Assembly (NCBI GenBank): GCA_905178155.1
Contig: CAJINV010000010.1
Coordinates: 361,866 to 425,865, forward strand
Direction of reading: 5' to 3'
Source of the DNA: Amoebophrya sp. A120
Lineage: Eukaryota > Protista > Dinoflagellata
DNA: 64,000 nucleotides
The position numbers were made by a program, and so were the translations under genes. The notes below the pieces were generated by a model, which was not told the DNA's origin, made no database searches, and worked only from the letters and a program-made list of their open reading frames with translations. Shown here in pieces: positions 57,400 through 64,000 of this stretch. Position 1 is the stretch's first letter. Each line of letters starts with the position of its first letter.

Positions 57400-58423
57400 C
57401 TGATTGGTTGTCGACCCCAGGTGCTGACAGCTCCCAGGCCGGGAAAACAGCTGCGGAGGGCGGAGTTGCTGTTTTTGATAGATTTAATTTTCTTTCTTGA
57501 TTTACGCTTACGCCTTGTAGCTTTGATCAAAAGCAGAGATCGTAGATGATAAAATTGTTCGCTCAGGATCACAACACCATGAAAAACCTACATGCAAAAA
57601 ATAAATAAAAATAACTACCAACCCACTCCCCGGTTGCGCGGCACGTGGAGGGAACATTTGCGCTGACCACACGCAGGAAAAATGTCAGCGAAAGTAATTC
57701 CAAGAACCGCTTACAATTGTGATGGATGTTCCTCTTCAGCTCGAGAAGTCGGACTGAGAGGATGGTACTCTCGGTGGATGGGAAGTATCTAGATCAAGAT
57801 CTTTACAAAAAACCGTTTACCGTTAAGGTAGTTCTCTATCGATTTGACGGCGGTTTCTTTTTGTGAAGAACCAACACGCCCGCCACAGGTGTACAAGTTG
57901 AAGTTCACCAGCGGGACACAATGCGACATTCTCTTCGACAAAATCAAACGAGCGCGAGATCTCGCCCTCGTTTGCGCACAACTAGACACTTTCTTGAGCT
58001 CCAAGCAACACAACTCTAGTCTACTAGGTCGACGAGACGAGCGAACGAGCGATGGATGGCAGGGATTATTGATTTATTTGATCCACACATACTGACACTA
58101 GCACTACGTCTTTCGTGCAGAAGCCTTTTCCTCACTCGGAAGAGGTCAACCGATAATACGCCATTAGTTTTGCTGTGTCTGCAGGCGTGAAGGCTGGCTG
58201 GAAAGTTCTAGGAATTTCGGAAATACAGAAGCTCTACTTCCTTAGAGGCTACCGGAACAAGGAGTTGAAGTACTGCTCTCAAGAGGCTACAACAAACCAA
58301 AACCATTTTGGTGTCTCTTCTCCTCAATCTCACAGCAGAAACAACTGCCTTCAGAACGAACACCCCGCCGCTCCTGGAAAAAGCCAACGCAGTTACACTT
58401 GCAGCAAATGAAGTAGATGGTAC

Positions 58424-58661
58424 TTACTTGTCGACGTAAACCAAATCTTCTGACATTTTTTCGTTGTCATTTCTGTACAGTGGCGGGTTAATGCTGTAAT
58501 ACCATCTCAATTGTCCATCATGTTGACGTCCTCTCTTGTTGTATAAAGCGTTTGATAGTACCCCGTCGGCCAAGCCGTCCGGAAAGGTGTACAGAAACAA
58601 TTTCCTTCTAGCGCCAAAAGCAAAACGGTTGCCGCGTTTTGCATCTTTCACTGTGGTCTCC
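58424..58661 (-). CDS. Probable last exon of a hypothetical protein; upstream exons to about 59800 not resolved
   Basis: Acceptor-like aaacag followed by the open frame ETTVKDAKRGNRFAFG...LVYVDK*. Confidence 0.35.
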
Positions 58662-60206
58662 TGTTTGAAACCTGCTCAACATACCAATCGTGCACAAAAC
58701 TATCCACCTCTAGTTTCTAAAAATCAATCATGCTCGGTAATCAAATCGTAAAAAAGGGCCTCGGTTCGGATAAAAAACAAGTTTGTTATCATGCAGCATG
58801 GTAGTTCTGCATGATAGGGATATATGAAATTGCTCGTTGACATTTGTTGACAAATCGTAAATTGGTCATGAGAACTTCTACCCATATTAAAGTCGTGCTG
58901 AGAGGTAGTTCTCTCTTCCAAGTTTCAAAATTTGCGCCTCTACTTCTGCGTAAAAATCTTTCTCAATTATACAAGTTTGTTGAACAATTTTCATCACAAG
59001 CAAAAGGCGTACAAGAGTGTGTGTTTTTGGTCAAGAAGATGCGAAAAAAAAGGCTTAACTAAAATAGAGACAACTTTGCCTCAACATAATTCAGTAGCTC
59101 GCTATACCTGCGCCATAAGTTCTTGCATTTGATCGATCTGTTTTTGACTTTTTGGCACGGGTACTATGCAAGGCTACTGTGAAAATGATATATGTAGAGT
59201 TTTGACGAGTTGCGATGAGATAGAAACGTATCTTGCAGCTTCCGAAAGTGGCATACAGGTGGAAAAAAAGGTTGCAAAGCGCGACGCTTCAACGATATCG
59301 TATAGGTGGTCATGTGAGTGGTGCATGAATAAAGTGATGAAAGCATGCCGGATTTCTGTCCCGAGTTCTCTTTTCTGTACAGTTTCAAGCTTTAGAAATA
59401 GACCATTGCAGATCGGTGTAAGTAATCGAATGAGCTGGACGACCTTCGAGAGGAAGTCACAAAACTCATTTTGATATACAACATGCGATCTTTGTATCAC
59501 CCAACATCCCGTTGCGTTGGCCCTGATCCAGACATAATGTATATAAAATTGCAACATTTAGGGCTGAAAAAAATGATCTCCGGCAACCACAACCAAATTG
59601 CAACTTTACAAAATTGTTTCGCTATACTTTCGTCCAGATAATAGCACAATTATACAAATGCCGTAAAATGATCCGCAAAAGCAGAGTCGCAACTCTTTTG
59701 AAGCTAATCCCGATGGAGCTTCTGTCCTGCCTTGTTGTACAAACTACGCGTTTCGTCGACGTATTTTTTGCAAGAATACTATCACTGCGACAGAAAATTC
59801 AGTAGTTGTGAAACAGAATCCTATAAACATACCCTCGCCTGATAGACACGTGGAAAAATGACAAATGATTTGCTCTACCTCATACTGAAAACATCAAGCC
59901 TCGACCAGATTCGTACGAATCTGCACGACCATCTGGTGTGACGAGGCTAATATTATGCAACTTCTGACTGTTCATTTGGTACCTATTCTCTATGAACAAA
60001 ACTAAAACAATCTTGTGTGGACTACATAAGCCTGCATGAGCAAGGTATACTTGATTTCATGTTCATCAAGTAACCTTGCCATGCTCGGGTCTTGACACAC
60101 ACACGCTTCTCTTATGTGGAAAACGAAAAAAAAATGAAATAATGTGTACTAAAAAAATCTGGGTGCTGCAAATACTCGGGGGGAAAAAAAAAAGAAGGTG
60201 CGGTCT

Positions 60207-61869
60207 TTACAACAAACTCAAGGTTTGCTCCTTCACGATCCGCATCTCCTGCCCCGCATCGACCTGTGTTGAAGATGAAGACGTGTTGCTGTTACTAGAC
60301 TCTTGCATGACAAACAAGCTCCTGCATCTGGATACGCTTGCGCATGCCTATCCCTATGCGCAGTTCTGCATTAGAAAAAAAAACGTGTGTAGTTTCAGCA
60401 TCTGCCTATACCCTGAATGAGATTCCCTTCGGCTTGTAGTGCAAAAGAACCGGCGCGGTCTCCTTGTGGTAGGCCTGCAACCGCTTCGGCAAGGCGGCCT
60501 TTGTATCATCGGGGCGCTGGTACAGCGGCTCACCTAAATTTGTTGACAGAAAACTTCTCCTGCAAATCAAGCGGCGTATTCTGGCTTCGGTTATTTCTTG
60601 GTGCTATGCACGACAAGCTGCAATTTTTGTTGCTGTGCATATACAAACCTATTCGATAGTACCCGTTTCATCGTCCCTCATTGTTGTTGGCGACGCTTCA
60701 TGCGCCTTCCTTCCCACGAAGCACTTTGGTGATGATATCCACTCCGAAAGCTGGGCAGTTTCTTGCAATGCTGGATTCTACTTCGCAAGAGTGAGAGCTA
60801 GTTTGTCATGCAGAGGACAGGATTGCAGTTTGTCATGCATCGTTTCTCTCATGATTTAGTTTTTTCATACTCACATCAACATCACAAGAACCTCCTGCCC
60901 AACTTCAGGTCACCCCCATACGCGCGTAGGTGACGTGGTAGGACCGACCGGAAGCCTTGTGGATCCACCTACCGCAGATCCGCTCTTCGAGGACCTGAGA
61001 GGGGGAGTTTCATAAATTGACATAAAGAACATGCAGGCACATGCATCACTAATCAACGCGATCATGCGCGATTATGCATGAAAAAAACAGCATAACCTGC
61101 ATTTTTAAGGCTGTTCTTGTACTGTAAATATCACAGAAGTACCGAGTCCGCGACATCCAGCTGGATGATTTTCGTCACCGCCTCTCCCTTTTGCGACAGC
61201 ATGTCGTCCAACTGTTTTGCCTGCTCTACTGTTCGTGGAAACCCGTCGAGAAGAAACCCGTTCTGGCAGTCCGGCTCGAGGATTCGCTCCCGAATAATAC
61301 CGACGACGATGTCGTCGGACACTAAGCCGCCGGCGTCCATGATGGCTTTGGCCCTGAGGCGTTTTCGATATCATGCGATGATATTTTAAAACTTGTGGTA
61401 GTTTTGGAATTGCGCAAGAGCAGCCCATTTGCTGTTCGCCGAAAAAACGCACGTTGTCATGCACCGTCGGAACGAATAAATTAATAGTAAAATACTTCTT
61501 TCCTGTTTCCGTTCCCTTTGCGACCGCGGCACGGAGCATGTCTCCGGTTGAAAGTTGGACGATGTTAAGCTTCAACTCGATTGCTGGACTCACGGACCTT
61601 GGGTTTGATGCAACACAAATCTTCATCTTTTGTTTTCATCAATTTGTTCATCTCGTCGCATTATATCTCGTCGTTTTATCACTCTGCATGTGCACCAGCA
61701 TATGAGATCAGACAGAAGTAAAACTACTGAAAGCAACGACCCCATAATCCTCTTACCCTTTCCCTGCGCCTGGTGGTCCAAAGATGATCAGGATTGGTCT
61801 CTTCTTGGGTCCACACACGGATGAAGCCGCGGCCTTCAGGCCGTCAAAGCAAGAGGCACAGGAATCCAT
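60207..61869 (-). CDS. adk: Adenylate kinase, about 7 exons
   Basis: [11 protein letters not shown] (P-loop), [48 protein letters not shown] (LID), QRPDD; mostly GT-AG introns. Confidence 0.93.
60736..60920. mobile_element. Old degenerate introner in adenylate kinase
   Basis: tat...ata ends, residual inverted repeat (aagctgggcag..ttcttg / caagaac..ctgcccaactt), two tttgtcatgc motifs. DR fully diverged, but removal of the element plus 5 nt gives YAPPK. Confidence 0.7.
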
Positions 61870-63185
61870 TCTGTAGTACTGTTTGGACAAATGGAAAATG
61901 ATAGAGAATTTCTGGATTGGTATGCTGTAGCACCCTCTTCTCTCTGACACAAAAACTTAACACACTCTTTCTTTTGCTAAATGAGGGTAATTTGACAAGG
62001 TTTGATAAGTATTCCATGTTGAAACGGAAGATTTTTGTGTTGCTTGTCGGCAGTCACTCACCTCTAAGTGTGGGTCGAGAGGAATCATCCGTAAGCTAAA
62101 CGCCACACAGGATGGCAGACACTCCAAGCAAAAAAGTGCGAGCGTTTATCGTGTAGTCCATCTTTAATCTTACCCCCGGTACTCTCACTCTCGAACCTTG
62201 AGATGGCCCCTTAATATTTTGTCCCCAACAACTAGGTAAAATGAAGAAAAAAGAAGACCCCAACGCAACAAGCAACCGACGTAGAAAGACTGACTAGATG
62301 GGAAACCGAAGATCCATAATTTGCAGTCGTCATTTCACTCAGGATTGTGAAAAAAGCCAAAACACGCGACGTCGTGAAGTACAAATCCTGCTACTCGATT
62401 GTAAGAACCCCCACCGATTTATTATTATAGACCGATCAAAATTTTTCTACTGGTGGATCAACATATTGATTCATAACCTGGACCAAACATCACACGGAAC
62501 TCAACACCGGGCAGGACTTCCAGAAGGGACGCTCTTGTGCCTAACTCTTCTTTTTGCTGTAACTGTAAGTACATTTATTCAACTCCAAATGCAGAGGCAC
62601 AAAACGCGAAGCGGCACGTCTAGTACTCTTTCGCTTTAATGTACATTTATAGCGTCGTCTTGATTCATCATACACGCACATCCTGTGGCGGTTCGGGTTC
62701 CGCTCTGAGTTTTTTAAGGTTTCTAAATAATTTTTCTCGCTTACGTTGTAGTGATACTGGTATTTTAAGTCGATTTTCTTCATTTGAAACAAAACGCAGG
62801 AGGGCCAGCCCAGATACAAACAACAGCTCAACAAGGTAGGTCATTGCGCACCAGCTTCTCTTGGTCCAACACACTGTACCTGCACTGGTCGGAGTGGTGT
62901 GCCAAACAAGGTCGCTATGCGTATGCGTATGAGGAACGCGAAGGTACACAGGGAAATTGAAAGTATTATAGGGGTGAAAATTTCTACTTACACTTAGATT
63001 TGGGATCTGGGTCTGGCTCGACGTAGTATACTATTTTTCTGCTTATTTCTGTCTTGATGTTGTTACTGCTAATTTCAATCAAGTTTATTTAGGCTTATCG
63101 TTCATTTCAATTTCGGTTTCCATAAAATCACTCAACTCTGTCGCCGTATCCACTTCGCTACCGCCTACTAGTACGAGCTCCATTA

Positions 63186-64000
63186 TTACTTCTTCCCCCC
63201 GCCACTGCTACCCGCCGCTGCCGCCGGCGCCGCGACCGGTCTTTCCGGCTTTGGTGGTAACGGATCGCCCTGTTCCGCGGCGGTTTTTTCCAGCGCTTTG
63301 TATACCAACGCCGCTCGTGTCAATCCCCGCCACTTGCACTGGTCGTCCATCTTCATCATAGCCTTTTTGATCAGAAACTGCCCCCGGGTCTGCATGGTGC
63401 CCGAAGCGACTTTACAGAGGGCAGAGAGGGCCAGAAGGATGCATTGGAGATCCTGTTTTAAGAAAGACGTCGTCAATGATGAAAATGAAATAATAAAACT
63501 TTAACTTACACTACTTACTCTGCGGCGTGGGTCATGATACGCCCCCAGCTCGGCAAAAATCGATTTCTTACTTATCGCAAAAGCATCACGCATGATAAAC
63601 TCCTATCTTTAATTAAAGTTCCATACCTCTTCCGCCTTCGAAGAGTCTGGCACGACGAAGTCGAACGATCGATTTTTCTATGAAATGCAAAAGCATCGCA
63701 CTACCTAGTAGTATATATCGCATGACAAATTTCCTCAGCATGAGAAAGAAAACTTGTAAATGCGGATTTATCCTCAGAAAGAAATTTGTATTGCATGAAT
63801 GCGATTAGTACGAGTACGATACTTTTGCACAGGATATTTTCGTGTACATGCTGAAACACAGCCACGGCTTCAAACCCGGTTTTTCGCCCTTCGCCGGCAG
63901 CTTGAACAGCTTCTTCGACGCGACCACGTAAGCCCGGGAGGAAAACCCCCACTCGAAATGAATCACTTCCGCCAAATTCACCGTCATGGTTCCCCCCGTG
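63186..64000 (-). CDS. 3' part of a PH-like domain protein; continues beyond the window
   Basis: WLCFSMYTKNRSFDFVVPD resembles the C-terminal strands of PH domains; last exon ends ...GSSGGGKK*. Confidence 0.55.
63679..63836. mobile_element. Family B introner
   Basis: DR ttttc; removal gives YTKNRSF. Confidence 0.9.

Noticed and set aside
59166-59474. Plus-strand 102-aa ORF read as a transposase for the introners
   Set aside because: No catalytic motif recognised and no flanking TIRs; the region is more likely small exons of a minus-strand gene.

Overview
Eukaryotic genomic DNA, most likely from the parasitic dinoflagellate Amoebophrya (Syndiniales). This is inferred from the co-oriented gene block and the inverted-repeat non-canonical introns; no database check was possible. 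About 13 protein-coding genes all lie on the minus strand: an EF-hand/myosin-light-chain-like protein, a large PHD-SNF2/ISWI-type remodeller, a GT77-like nucleotide-diphospho-sugar transferase, two coiled-coil proteins, three tandem Cys-rich type-I membrane paralogs (two with a vWA domain), adenylate kinase, a PH-like partial gene and a few hypotheticals. Their coding sequences are interrupted by 44 introner-type elements of at least 9 terminal-inverted-repeat (TIR) families. Nearly all start TAT and end ATA, are flanked by a 5-nt direct repeat (DR), and removing the element plus one repeat copy restores the reading frame (checked by hand at 43 sites). Rules visible in the sequence: (1) removal appears independent of element orientation; (2) the junction appears fixed 1 nt before the upstream TIR and 4 nt after the downstream TIR; (3) closely spaced elements always belong to different TIR families; (4) all families share a GCAT(G/C/T)ACAA motif that also occurs in GT-AG introns, many of whose donors read GTAY; (5) some introns are swollen to kilobases by GC-rich repeat islands. 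No rRNA, tRNA, CRISPR array or transposase gene was recognised.
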